Origin: an uncultured Acidobacteriota bacterium
GTDB taxonomy: Bacteria; Acidobacteriota; UBA6911
Assembly: GCA_963827655.1 (NCBI GenBank)
Contig: CAWHCF010000022.1
Location: 96,001-160,000, forward strand
Reading direction: 5' to 3'
Length of the DNA: 64,000 nt
Shown: positions 54,901 to 63,615 of the stretch, in pieces
How the letters are laid out: the number at the start of each line of letters is the position of its first letter
How positions within the stretch are numbered: the first letter of the stretch is position 1
Translations under genes and position numbers: made by a program
Notes under the pieces: generated by a model
Database searches by the model: none
The model's input: only the letters and a program-made list of their open reading frames with translations
What the model was told of the DNA's origin: nothing

Positions 54901-55256
54901 TTTGAGATGCCACCCCCAGGTGGCGGATTGAAGACCGTAACGCTAACCGTGGCTGCGGCGGCGATATCTCCGGACGGAATTGTTGCGTTCAGTTGGAAGG
55001 AGTTGACCACAGTCGTTGTCCGGTTGGCCCCGTTCCACCGCACGACCGATCCGCTGACGAAGTTAAAGCCGGACACAGTCAAGGTAAATCCGGGTCCGCC
55101 GGCGACGGCAAAGTTCGGAGTGATACTATTGATCCTGGGATCCGGATTGCCCTGTCCGCGAGCCATATCTCCTGAGCCCAGAAAGACGAGTCCGATGAGC
55201 GCCAGAATGACGGTTCTCGCATCGATTGACTTAGGTCGAGATCTTGTGCGTTTCAT
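51972..55256 (-). CDS. Exported protein with nine tandem IPT/TIG repeats and a ~230-aa C-terminal non-repeat domain
   Basis: Signal peptide ending ARG-Q; 9 units of about 92 aa, [65 protein letters not shown]...FTI. Confidence 0.9.
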   Translation of the reverse strand: MKRTRSRPKSIDARTVILALIGLVFLGSGDMARGQGNPDPRINSITPNFAVAGGPGFTLTVSGFNFVSGSVVRWNGANRTTTVVNSFQLNATIPSGDIAAAATVSVTVFNPPPGGGISNALDFTIQPVPRITSINPASALAGGAAFTLTVVGTNFYSPDPDTGGGGSRVQWNGSDRSTSYGGNTQLTASILASDLATAGTATVTVFTPGIGTSNAATFTINNRMPQITAINPASAAAGGPAFNLTVTGTGFFSGSVVRWNGAARPTTLLPGASPTLGAAIPASDIATAGTATVTVFNPAPGGGSSNGVSFTVIGNPVPVITSLEPASAVAGGPAFTLTVNGSGFVPTNGTGSVVRWNNSNRTTTFVSATRLTAAITAADIATAGTASVTVFSAAPGGGISNAVNFAITPVNPVPTITGLNPASATAGSPAFTLTVTGTNFGNGSIVRWNEANRPTTFVSSTQLMASIPATDIATAGTASVTVFNPAPGGGTSNAVTFTITPTNPVPTITSLNPSTATAGSPAFALTVTGTNFVSGSVVRWNDSDRPTTFVTSTQLTAAIPATDIAAAGPARVRVFNPAPGGGPSNEAGFVIAPANPAPTITSLNPSTATAGSAAFTLTVTGTNFVTGSTVRWNGANRPTTFVSGTQLTAAIPAGDIATSATASITVFNPTPGGGTSNAVDFTILQTNPAPTITGLNPSTATVGSPAFTLTVTGTNFVSGSMVRWNGANRPTTFVSSTQLTAAIPATDIATAGTASVAVFNPAPGGGTSNAVAFTISQTNPVPTITGLNPASATAGSPAFTLSVSGTNFVSGSMVRWNGANRTTTFVSATQLTAAIPAGDIVAPAAASVTVFNPAPGGGVSNALNFNVLPPPQVTIGGVGDSLDSREQPSVNLTLSAAQTGVLNGQLILTFTPEAVNPSDDPAIVFISNQGRVLNFTFPANSTQAVFAGAPSAMFQTGSVAGTVNLSVFLEGALNASRNITIRRQAPTIRSVSIASRTASSFELVIDGLSNTRVVNQGEFRFTARGGGNLATTLVPVSLTNDANGWFQGEASRQFGSQFTLVVVFNVQGDISAIGSVSVTLGNGEGTSAQVSASF

Positions 55257-55324
55257 GATTGCTTTCTCCTTGAACGTCCTGATTGGCAACTACCAGTTGA
55301 GCAAAAGCGGACGGTTTCACCCTC

Positions 55325-56374
55325 TTACCTCGCGGGCAAACCGGGGACAAAAAGCGCGCGGGGCTCTTCCGCTCCGCCGTCGAGTAATAGAAGCGGCTCC
55401 TCTGAAAAGTCCGTCAAGCGAAAGACCGAAGGTCCTCCCAAGCGATACAATCCCGATGGCGCTTTCCCGCAGGGGACCTGTTTTATGACACCGCCATCCA
55501 GTTGAAGTACCGTGACGGTTGACGAATCGGAATTGGCAATAAAAATCCGCTTGTTGTCGTCGGACACCTGAACCGCAACGGGCCCCAGAATCCCATCCCT
55601 CTCCGCTGCCAGAGTCAGTCTTTCTGCCATCCCGGTCACATCACGTATCAACAGGAGCTCGTGATTTCGGCGATCGGTAATCAAGGCGTCGCGTGTGTTG
55701 CTCAAGAAAGATATGGCTGACGCCTGACCAATAACAGAAACTGGTCCGACTTCCTGGCGCTCGTTAACGACGTATACAGCCCCCGCCTCACCTTCGAAGA
55801 CTCCCAACAGCACCGCTCCCGCATCGTCGCTCACAGCCATTGCGCTCAGTGACTCCGACAAGCTGGAGATATCAATCTCGGCAACCAGCGAAGGCGCGGA
55901 GGGCAGACCTGTGATCAGTTGAATGCTATGGGTGGCGCGATGATGGAAAACAACCGAAGCGCCGGTTGGACTGAATACAACCTGATCGGGTCCGGGCTTC
56001 GCGACTCCCACCGAACTCACTTCAAGCGGGTCGCGGCTTAGATCGAGCAGGGCAATTTCTTTGCTGTCCTTGATCTCCGCTAGCACACAGTTCCGCTGAG
56101 GTGAAATCCATGCCTGCGAGATTGATATTCCAACTTCGAGAACGCCGCCAAGAGTCGAAGCTCCGGGAAATCCCAGAACGGGTCGCAGACCGCCATGGAT
56201 CTGGTCGAATACCCATCCCTGGATCGGGCCACGCATGGAGCTGGGTGAGAACGACCTCTTGCCCGGCTTGTCGCCGACCGCCTTTGTTGTTTGCTTCTGC
56301 GGCACTTGTGGCGTGGCAAGCGAAGGCGCAAGGATCGAGAACGCAAGCAGAACAAACCTTGATCTTTTTGACAT
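55325..56374 (-). CDS. Exported beta-propeller-like hypothetical protein
   Basis: Signal peptide; GWVFD...LRPVLGFPGA; blade-like FSPTG, AVSDDAG, VSDDNK.IFIAN. Confidence 0.7.
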   Translation of the reverse strand: MSKRSRFVLLAFSILAPSLATPQVPQKQTTKAVGDKPGKRSFSPSSMRGPIQGWVFDQIHGGLRPVLGFPGASTLGGVLEVGISISQAWISPQRNCVLAEIKDSKEIALLDLSRDPLEVSSVGVAKPGPDQVVFSPTGASVVFHHRATHSIQLITGLPSAPSLVAEIDISSLSESLSAMAVSDDAGAVLLGVFEGEAGAVYVVNERQEVGPVSVIGQASAISFLSNTRDALITDRRNHELLLIRDVTGMAERLTLAAERDGILGPVAVQVSDDNKRIFIANSDSSTVTVLQLDGGVIKQVPCGKAPSGLYRLGGPSVFRLTDFSEEPLLLLDGGAEEPRALFVPGLPAR

Positions 56375-56506
56375 GATCCATTCCTCTTCTTCTTCCGGCC
56401 GGTCCATTTCCCTGCGCAGGGAGCGCGCTACATCACCACAATTCTTCCACGCCCTTTTGCCGCGAGAATGATTCAGCCGGTGGGTTTTCGAAATCGTGAA
56501 CGATGT

Positions 56507-57130
56507 CTAAGGCTGCCGAGGCGGACCGAAGGTCGTTCGCCCTGGAGTAACGGTCGTGGGGGGCGGCGTTGAAGGGGCGTCGTTACCACCGCCGGAGGCA
56601 GCCACCGCGCCAACGGCCGCCGCCCCTCCAACAATCGCAAGTATCGTGATCAGTTTCGCGGAAATCCCACCGGCAGCTGCCGCCCCGGCCAGAGCATTGC
56701 TCTGGGTAACGGCGCTGCTGGTGGTAGCTCCTTGATGAGAGACATCCACTCGAATCTTGTATTGTCCCGCAGTCTGGTTCGGTTTAAGCCCCCGGGCGAC
56801 TGCCTGCCCCTTGGTATCGGTATGGACGATCAGGCTCTTGCTTCCATCGGCAAAGATTCCACTCGCCCCACGGTCGGGCAACGTGAACACAACCATGGCG
56901 CCTGCCACCGGCCGATCGTTTTCATCCTGGACCTGGACGATTGGCTCGCGCGCCGTGCCCAATTTGATGCTATTAACGGCGCCTTCGCCGTCCAGGATCA
57001 GAATCTTCAGCTTGGGGGGTGAAGCCACTTGCGCCTGCATGGGTGATGACCAATTGTGGAGTAGCATCAAGCACGTGAGCGTTACAGCAACACAGCGTAC
57101 CTTCACAGGAGAAAAGCTAATCAGTGACAT
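56507..57130 (-). CDS. Exported Ig-like (Big_1-like) protein with C-terminal hydrophobic/Gly-Ala anchor
   Basis: Signal peptide; VQVQDENDRPVAGAMVVFTLP, TDTKGQA; C-terminal KLITILAIVGGAAAVGAVAA and Pro/Thr tail. Confidence 0.78.
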   Translation of the reverse strand: MSLISFSPVKVRCVAVTLTCLMLLHNWSSPMQAQVASPPKLKILILDGEGAVNSIKLGTAREPIVQVQDENDRPVAGAMVVFTLPDRGASGIFADGSKSLIVHTDTKGQAVARGLKPNQTAGQYKIRVDVSHQGATTSSAVTQSNALAGAAAAGGISAKLITILAIVGGAAAVGAVAASGGGNDAPSTPPPTTVTPGRTTFGPPRQP

Positions 57131-57193
57131 CTCCTAGTCCTTTCTGGAATTGTTCCCGGGTTCCGGGCGAGCGCCTCGTATTTCAAAGAACGA

Positions 57194-57209
57194 TGCAAAG
57201 CCTGCTCCC
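57194..57209 (-). promoter_or_regulatory. Possible sigma54 (-24/-12) promoter for the Ig/propeller/IPT operon
   Basis: GG-AGCAGGCTTT-GC-A: GG-N10-GC with TTGCA, 64 bp upstream of ATG 57130. Confidence 0.4.
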
Positions 57210-57376
57210 GGATCAAGAATCCTTTGAGATGAAGCAATTAGATGAAACGATCGCGTACACTGAAGTCACGATAGTGAAGCCTTCTGATTTTGAAGGTCGG
57301 AGTTTAAGCTTGAGTGTCCGTCGCGTCCCATGTTATTTTTTGCTAACCCACCCAACCGATCAACGTGCAAGGAATC

Positions 57377-58114
57377 ATGTCAACCAAGAGCCTTTCGATA
57401 GTGATACTCCTCAGCGTATCGTTTCTGAAAAGTTCGGTTCTTTCTCAGACAGAGAAAAAGCTCACGGCGCGAGATCTGTTCCTGTCGAACGAGACGCCGG
57501 CGGTATCTAAGGTGGAGCCTGCTCCAGGATCGAAGATCAATGTCAAAGGGCCCAAGGCCACGACGCCGGTACCGCTGGGCCTGCGCTACAGCCTTTTGAA
57601 ACAGAACCGCAATAACCAGGCCGAAGAGGTGGATCCGGACACTATTTTCCATTCTGGAGACAGAATCCGTCTGAGCCTCGAGTCTAATGACAGCGGTTAC
57701 CTTTATGTCGTCCAGCGCGGTACCAGCGGACGGTGGACACTGCTGTTCCCATCTAAAGAAATTCTGGGTGGCAAGAACACCATCGAGAAAGGTGAGCGTC
57801 ATGAGATCCCGCTTGGAGATGTTTGGTTCGCCTTTGATCAGCAACCTGGGATCGAGAAGCTCTTCCTGGTTCTCTCGCGCGAGCCCGAATCCGATTTAGA
57901 GAAGCTGATCAAGCCTTCAGGTCAGAACGCAGCACCGGTTCTATCACTAGAGAACGCTACAGTGGGGAAAATTCGCAGCCAGGTCGCCGCTCGAGACCTG
58001 GTCTTCGAAAAGGTCAGCGAAGGGAGCTCTGGCGAAAAAGCAATCTACGTGGTGAATCATACAGGCAATACCAACGCCAGAGTCGTGGTGGACTTGAATC
58101 TAACGCATCGATGA
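57377..58114 (+). CDS. Exported DUF4384-domain protein (copy 2)
   Basis: Signal peptide; LGLRYSLL, FHSGDRIRL.LESN.SGYLYVV, LLFP, WFAFD.QPG.EKLFLVLSR; ends LTHR. Confidence 0.85.
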   Translation: MSTKSLSIVILLSVSFLKSSVLSQTEKKLTARDLFLSNETPAVSKVEPAPGSKINVKGPKATTPVPLGLRYSLLKQNRNNQAEEVDPDTIFHSGDRIRLSLESNDSGYLYVVQRGTSGRWTLLFPSKEILGGKNTIEKGERHEIPLGDVWFAFDQQPGIEKLFLVLSREPESDLEKLIKPSGQNAAPVLSLENATVGKIRSQVAARDLVFEKVSEGSSGEKAIYVVNHTGNTNARVVVDLNLTHR

Positions 58115-58159
58115 CACGTATGGGAGCGCCGGATGTGACCGGCCCCCTTCATTAATAAC

Positions 58160-58897
58160 ATGCGCAATCGTCGGACCGTCCACGAACTTGTCGAATTGTT
58201 GTTTGGGGCCATCGTTCTGCTGGCGCCTTCCTCGCCGGCGGCCCTTTGTCAAACCGGTCCTCCTGCGCAGGAATCCCTTCGCCTCGAGATAACCCTTGAA
58301 CGAAAGGTAGAAGATGAATGGCGAATCGCGGATCCTGGTCTGGTTTTTGAACAGAATGACGAATTGCGGTTTCGCCTCCGTGGCAATTTCGACGGCTACC
58401 TCTACGTGATGAACCTGAACACGTCGGGTCAGTACGTATTGCTTTTCCCGCGGGAGGACACCGGGCAGGCGAACCGGATCCAAGCGCACAAGGAATATCT
58501 TGTGCCCCCGACAGAAGGCTGGTTTCGCATCACAGGGCCGGCTGGATATGAAATAGTTTACTGGCTGGTCAGCCCGGTACCATTGCAAAATGAAACCATC
58601 GATTCAAAACCAGCCTTCGCTCCCGTCCCTCCTCCAGAATCGGGCAGGCCCCCGGCCACTCTCTTGCCTCGATGCGACGATTCAATCTTCAAAGCCCGCG
58701 GCGACTGTATCGATACTTCTGCCGGACCCAAAGGCGTTGGCGCTGCGGAGAATTTGCCGGAGAATCTGACCGGTATTGCGCGCGCCGCCGCTTCGCGGGA
58801 CCTGGTCTTCAGCCAGATGGAGAATTCGACCGTGATTTCATCTCCCGCCTCGTTGAAAGGGCCGGTGATTTTCGAGTTTCGTCTCGCTCATAGGTGA
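58160..58897 (+). CDS. Exported DUF4384-domain protein (copy 3)
   Basis: Signal peptide; FEQND.LRFR...NFDGYLYVMN, LLFP, WF.I.GPAGYE; Cys pair PRCDD...GDCID; ends LAHR; stop overlaps the next start (GTGA). Confidence 0.85.
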   Translation: MRNRRTVHELVELLFGAIVLLAPSSPAALCQTGPPAQESLRLEITLERKVEDEWRIADPGLVFEQNDELRFRLRGNFDGYLYVMNLNTSGQYVLLFPREDTGQANRIQAHKEYLVPPTEGWFRITGPAGYEIVYWLVSPVPLQNETIDSKPAFAPVPPPESGRPPATLLPRCDDSIFKARGDCIDTSAGPKGVGAAENLPENLTGIARAAASRDLVFSQMENSTVISSPASLKGPVIFEFRLAHR

Positions 58898-61053
58898 CGG
58901 CCATGCAATGGAGACGCAGCGCTGCGCTTACCATCCTTCTATGTCTGGCACTGTCGTGCTTCGCTCAGGAAAAACAGCGCGACCTCCGGATTGAGAAATC
59001 AACGCCGCCTGCGCAATCTGCCGTCGTCATTCCACGGAGTTACGCTCTGGTGGTCGGAATCTCCCAGTATCCTAATCTGCTGCCGAAGGATCAGCTCAGA
59101 TTTACCGAACGTGATGCCGAAAAGATTTATTCCATCCTGATAAGTCCCGCCGGCGGTAATTTCAAAGCCGAGAACGTCCACAGGCTGATCGGTCCCAAAG
59201 CAACCCTGCAAAGCCTGCGCCGAGAGCTTGAGGAATGGCTCCCCACGGTCGCGAAGGACGAAGACCGGGTCCTGGTTTATTTTGCCGGTCACGGGTTTGT
59301 CTTCAATGGCAAGGCTTATCTGGCTCCTTACGATATCGACCCGAAGAAAATCGCCGCCACGGGTTATCCGATGGATTCCTTGGGACGGGTGATCGGCAGC
59401 GGAATCAAGGCCAGATACAAGGTGCTCTTGACCGACTCTTGCCACAGCGGCGCAATCACACCTTATACCGACAGCCAGATGGTGAATCGGTCCCTGCTGG
59501 ATCTCGACCGCTCACTCTTTTCTTTAACGGCCAGTCGCGATCGCGAGAGTTCTTTCGAGAGTCCCGACTGGGGGGGAGGTCACGGAATCTTCACTTACTA
59601 CGTAGCGAAAGGTATGGAGGGAGAGGCCGACCAGGACCAGAACGGCATCGTCACCGCGGATGAGCTGGCTGAATACGTTCGCCGTAATGTGCGCGAGGCG
59701 ACCCAGGCAAAGCAAAATCCGACTGCCGAGCGCGGCAGTTTCGATCCCGCCCTGCCATTGTCTTACCTCACGGAGATTCTTAAACAACGCGCGCGGGTCA
59801 TGCCGGCGTCCGATTTCGGGACCCTGGTGATCGAAACCAATGTGGACGGCGTGGAAGTCTACGTTGACGGCAAGTCAGAAGGGGTGGTCAACAAGGGAGT
59901 CCCGCTCAAGCTCCAGGGACTCCGTCCGGGGGCCCACACGGTCAAGGGCGTGAAGATGGGATATGAGCCCGATGGCCCGCGGGAGGAAATGGTCTATCCG
60001 GGTCAAGAAACCACGGTCTCGATCAGAATCCTGATTCCACGCCGGCGAAGTAACGCCGTTCTGGAGTTGCTGGATAAAGGGCTGGAATACTACAACAAGG
60101 GCTACGCCCCGAATTACCGCAAGGCAGCGGAGCTGTTCGAAAAGGCCTTGACGCAGGATGCCACTTACAGCCAGGCCGCTCTCTACCTGGGTCGAACCTA
60201 CCACGCGCTCAACGAGCACGAGTCAGCCGGGAAATACTTTCGCCGCGCGATCGAGATCGATCCTGACTACGTGGAAGCGCGGGCAAGCTTCGCCGGCATG
60301 TTGCTGGATCTCGGCAACGTCGACGAAGCCATACGGCAACTCAATGCCGTGGTGCAGCGTGACCCCAACCATGCGCTGGCGCACTACTTGCTCGCTCAAG
60401 CGTTTCGTATGAAAGACCTCTACTCGGACTCCATCGAGTCAGCCCGCAAAGCTATAAGTCTCAAGCCCAACAATGCCGAGGCCCACTTCTGGCTGGCGGA
60501 AAGCCTTCGGATGCGAGCGGATGAAATCTCTGGAGCCGCGTCTCCAAAAGGTACCAGGGTCGAGTTCGAAGGTTCGCGAACGCCCGCTTCCGAAGCCGTG
60601 GTTTACTTGAAGCAGGCCAAGACCGAATACCTGGAATACCTGCGGCTGAGCGATTTTGACAGCAAGCTGCTAGGCAAGCTCGACTATTACGTGAAAGGGT
60701 TTTTAATAGGCAAAGGAAAGAAAACGCGGGCGTCACAACAAGATCTCTGGAAGGACCTCCGCAGCCTGGCGTATTTTGGATTGGGGGACTGCGAGCGTCT
60801 TCTTTTGCAACCTGATCTGGCGATTGACTATTACCAGAAGTCCGCTTCCTACGATCCTAAAGACCCGCTGATCTATTGGGCCCTCGGTCTGGCATTCTCC
60901 GGCAAAGCCGAAATGACCCAAACCACCGAAGGGTTATCCGAAGCGCGCGCATATTTCCTCAAGATGCTCGATCTTAATCCTCACTTGACCCAGGCCGAGA
61001 GAGCCAAGAAGTACGTGGCTAGAATCGATGCAGCTCTGCAGGAGCGCCGATAG
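58894..61053 (+). CDS. Exported caspase-family (C14) peptidase + EF-hand-like + PEGA + TPR repeats
   Basis: Signal peptide; YALVVGISQY, VYFAGHG (His), TDSCHSG (Cys), HGIFTYY, DQDQNGIVTADEL, GTLVIETN..GVEVYVDG (PEGA), multiple TPRs. Confidence 0.92.
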   Translation: MTAMQWRRSAALTILLCLALSCFAQEKQRDLRIEKSTPPAQSAVVIPRSYALVVGISQYPNLLPKDQLRFTERDAEKIYSILISPAGGNFKAENVHRLIGPKATLQSLRRELEEWLPTVAKDEDRVLVYFAGHGFVFNGKAYLAPYDIDPKKIAATGYPMDSLGRVIGSGIKARYKVLLTDSCHSGAITPYTDSQMVNRSLLDLDRSLFSLTASRDRESSFESPDWGGGHGIFTYYVAKGMEGEADQDQNGIVTADELAEYVRRNVREATQAKQNPTAERGSFDPALPLSYLTEILKQRARVMPASDFGTLVIETNVDGVEVYVDGKSEGVVNKGVPLKLQGLRPGAHTVKGVKMGYEPDGPREEMVYPGQETTVSIRILIPRRRSNAVLELLDKGLEYYNKGYAPNYRKAAELFEKALTQDATYSQAALYLGRTYHALNEHESAGKYFRRAIEIDPDYVEARASFAGMLLDLGNVDEAIRQLNAVVQRDPNHALAHYLLAQAFRMKDLYSDSIESARKAISLKPNNAEAHFWLAESLRMRADEISGAASPKGTRVEFEGSRTPASEAVVYLKQAKTEYLEYLRLSDFDSKLLGKLDYYVKGFLIGKGKKTRASQQDLWKDLRSLAYFGLGDCERLLLQPDLAIDYYQKSASYDPKDPLIYWALGLAFSGKAEMTQTTEGLSEARAYFLKMLDLNPHLTQAERAKKYVARIDAALQERR

Positions 61054-61136
61054 GTTCAAGCCTGGTGTTTTCTTCGTGTCTTCGTGGTAGAGCTGCTAAA
61101 CAAATACCGCTAAGACGCAAAGACGAACAGTGACTT

Positions 61137-61360
61137 GGGCTCGTTCGCAGAAATAATTTCGCATTCTGGCCGAAAATCAGTCATTAATCATGAACCGGTT
61201 TCTGTTCCTAAGCGCGTGAGGATTGCGCCCCTTCGGGTGCGGTCCGCAGGCCCGCTGGCTTTTGCTCACTCCTCACGTAACGCACGGGTACTCATCGTGC
61301 TCGCGCCTCGCCAGCAGGCTTGGGGGTCTGCAGCAGAATCACTTATTTCTGCGCGAACCC
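61137..61360. mobile_element. ~224-bp copy of the TAA-flanked MITE (opposite orientation, longer internal segment)
   Basis: GGGCTCGTTCGCAGAAATAATTTCGCATTCTG ... ACTTATTTCTGCGCGAACCC|TTA; shares AACAGAAACCGGTTCATGATT and CCCGAAGGGGCGC with the 32484 copy. Confidence 0.82.
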
Positions 61361-62161
61361 TTAGTCGAGTTCTTGATCGATTTCCGAAAAATTGATTTCT
61401 TCTATCTCGAGCATGGGTATTTCCTGTCCGTCTATCAGGAAAAGCCTTTGCCCGATGCCGCGGGACAGCCCCTCGCCGAGATCAATCCAATCAGTCAGGC
61501 GTCCAAGTTTCATAGCCTCGTCATGGTGCCCGCTCGAGCCCGGATAGATCACCGGCAGGCGCACTTCACCCAAAGAGCCTCCGCTCGCATGAACCTTCGC
61601 CCGTACCCAAATACGATCTCGCGACTCGACCGGCCGGATTATCTCGATCCAGCGTATCTGCTCAAACGGCAACCAGACATACTTCCTGTCCGTAAACACC
61701 TCCAGGAAGGGTCCCAGGAAAACGTCTGCATCCCCGAATTCCTCGAAGACCTCGCCGTCTACCTCCCCGGCTAGCGCCGGCTGCAGATCCAGCGCCCGTT
61801 CCAACAGTTCACTGGCCCTGGAACAACGCTTTTCCTTCAGCGCCTCGATATGCAGGGCGGCATACTCCGGGGGGGCAGTCAGAAAATGGGGTTCGCCTTG
61901 CGCCTCAAAAAAAGCGCGGCGCGCCTTCTCGGCGGCAAGAACCTGAAAGCAGGTTTCAACCGCAGGCTGCATCGCTCCATACTGATCTCCAACATGATCG
62001 AGCTGCTCACCGCCCTGGTCCAGTTCGCCGGCGAGGCAGAGCAGCTCAAAGAAAAAGAGGCGCGTGCTGATGTCCTCAGGCGTATCCTTCAGGCTTTCCT
62101 TTACCTGCCCGATAGCCAGTGAAAGCTGCCCTCGGTCCAGAAGATGTATGGCTTTAACCAT
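61361..62161 (-). CDS. TagJ/ImpE (SciE)-family protein
   Basis: GQLSLAI, P.D...R.F.FELLCLAGE, AE.AR..FF, DAD..LGP.LEV, YVW.PF..I, RD.IW, P.IYP.S, LGRLTDW, GIGQRLF. Confidence 0.85.
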   Translation of the reverse strand: MVKAIHLLDRGQLSLAIGQVKESLKDTPEDISTRLFFFELLCLAGELDQGGEQLDHVGDQYGAMQPAVETCFQVLAAEKARRAFFEAQGEPHFLTAPPEYAALHIEALKEKRCSRASELLERALDLQPALAGEVDGEVFEEFGDADVFLGPFLEVFTDRKYVWLPFEQIRWIEIIRPVESRDRIWVRAKVHASGGSLGEVRLPVIYPGSSGHHDEAMKLGRLTDWIDLGEGLSRGIGQRLFLIDGQEIPMLEIEEINFSEIDQELD

Positions 62162-62596
62162 GAGACAAAACTGCTATGGGTCGCGCCGCGCGATCGTCGC
62201 CCGGACACAACGCGCGAAATTCGTATCGGTTCAGGGCCACTGAAGTCCAACGTCCTCTGGTTTCGAGAAATCTACCTGGGTGCGCGAATCCGGCTTCGTG
62301 CAAGGCTGTGGTCAAGCTCTCGGCTGTTGATTGACAAACGTCCTTCTCGTAGAGTGATGGCCTGCGGTTGTTACAAGGGTTGAAGTATCGCATTGCGTTT
62401 TTGCCGAACGGGGGAACTGAGTGCAGTTTAAGACCAGGCATCGCCATGGACAACGGAAAACTGAGTCAAACCGATTTACGATTGACGATTGACGATTTAA
62501 CCGATGAAACAACCGATTTGACGGATCGACCGGCCGATACGTTATCGATAATCATGCGACTAACACCAGGGCAGTTCGTAATGGAGGAACTCCGCA

Positions 62597-63541
62597 ATGA
62601 AAATACGGTTGAACTCTATTTTTCGAGGGTCCCTTGGTGCAGAGAAGGCTCACAACTCTGGCAGCCGGGGCTCGATCCACACACACAGAGCCGTGGAGAT
62701 ACGAAGGCACAGAGCGTTGTCATTCTTTGTTTTCTGTGTCTCGGTGTCTCTCTGGCTGATTTCGCCGTCGCAATCGGGTGCAGCGTTAGCCCGGCGGCTC
62801 GAGGCTCGCTTCCCGGCTGCTGGTGCTTCGACGCCGCCACTACAGGCACAGCCAGGTGCGGCGAAGAAACCGAGCCGGGCCGGGCAGACGGCTCCCGCAG
62901 CCGAGAAAAAACCTCAAGCCGTCGCAGCACAGCGCGATCCCGGGCTTTACATGACGTTCGAGACTACCCTGGGCAGCATCACATGCAAGCTTTATGAAAA
63001 AGAAGCGCCGATCACGGTCCGAACCATCGTCGGGCTGGCACTGGGAAAACAGTCTTATCTGGATCCACGGACAAAACAAAAGGTCACGGGAAAGCGATTC
63101 TACGACGGACTCACCTTCCACCGCGTTATTCCGGAATTCATGATTCAAGGGGGAGACCCGCTCGGCAATGGTACAGGCGGCCCCGAAGGTCCGGGCTTCC
63201 CGTTCGAAGACGAGTTTGTGCCGACGCTCCGGTTCGATGTTCCAGGACGACTGGCAATGGCCAATGCCGGGCCCCGGACTAATTCGAGCCAGTTCTTCAT
63301 AACCGAGGATCCAACAACCGCCTTGAACAACAGGCACACTATCTTCGGTCAATGCGGAAACCTCGACGTAGTAAAGGCGATAGCGCGGGTGCCGACGCGG
63401 GAGGACCGTCCCATCAAGCCCGTAATAATGAAGCGCGTTGTCGTGGAACGTGTCGGCCCCGCGCCGCCGAACGCGCCTGAAGCCATGCCCGCGGTGAAGA
63501 AGGCTCCTGCGCCAGTGAAGAAGTCTTCGAAGAAACCGTAA
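62597..63541 (+). CDS. Cyclophilin-type peptidyl-prolyl isomerase with N-terminal export/linker region
   Basis: FYDGLTFHRVIPEFMIQGGDPLGNGTGGP, LAMANAGP.TNSSQFFIT, HTIFGQ; GGAGG 9 nt before ATG. Confidence 0.92.
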   Translation: MKIRLNSIFRGSLGAEKAHNSGSRGSIHTHRAVEIRRHRALSFFVFCVSVSLWLISPSQSGAALARRLEARFPAAGASTPPLQAQPGAAKKPSRAGQTAPAAEKKPQAVAAQRDPGLYMTFETTLGSITCKLYEKEAPITVRTIVGLALGKQSYLDPRTKQKVTGKRFYDGLTFHRVIPEFMIQGGDPLGNGTGGPEGPGFPFEDEFVPTLRFDVPGRLAMANAGPRTNSSQFFITEDPTTALNNRHTIFGQCGNLDVVKAIARVPTREDRPIKPVIMKRVVVERVGPAPPNAPEAMPAVKKAPAPVKKSSKKP

Positions 63542-63615
63542 GGTTGGGTGTGATTTCGTGTTTCTGTTGCGTCTTCGAGACAATATCGCGGTGAATGCTG
63601 AACCACCGAGCATCT

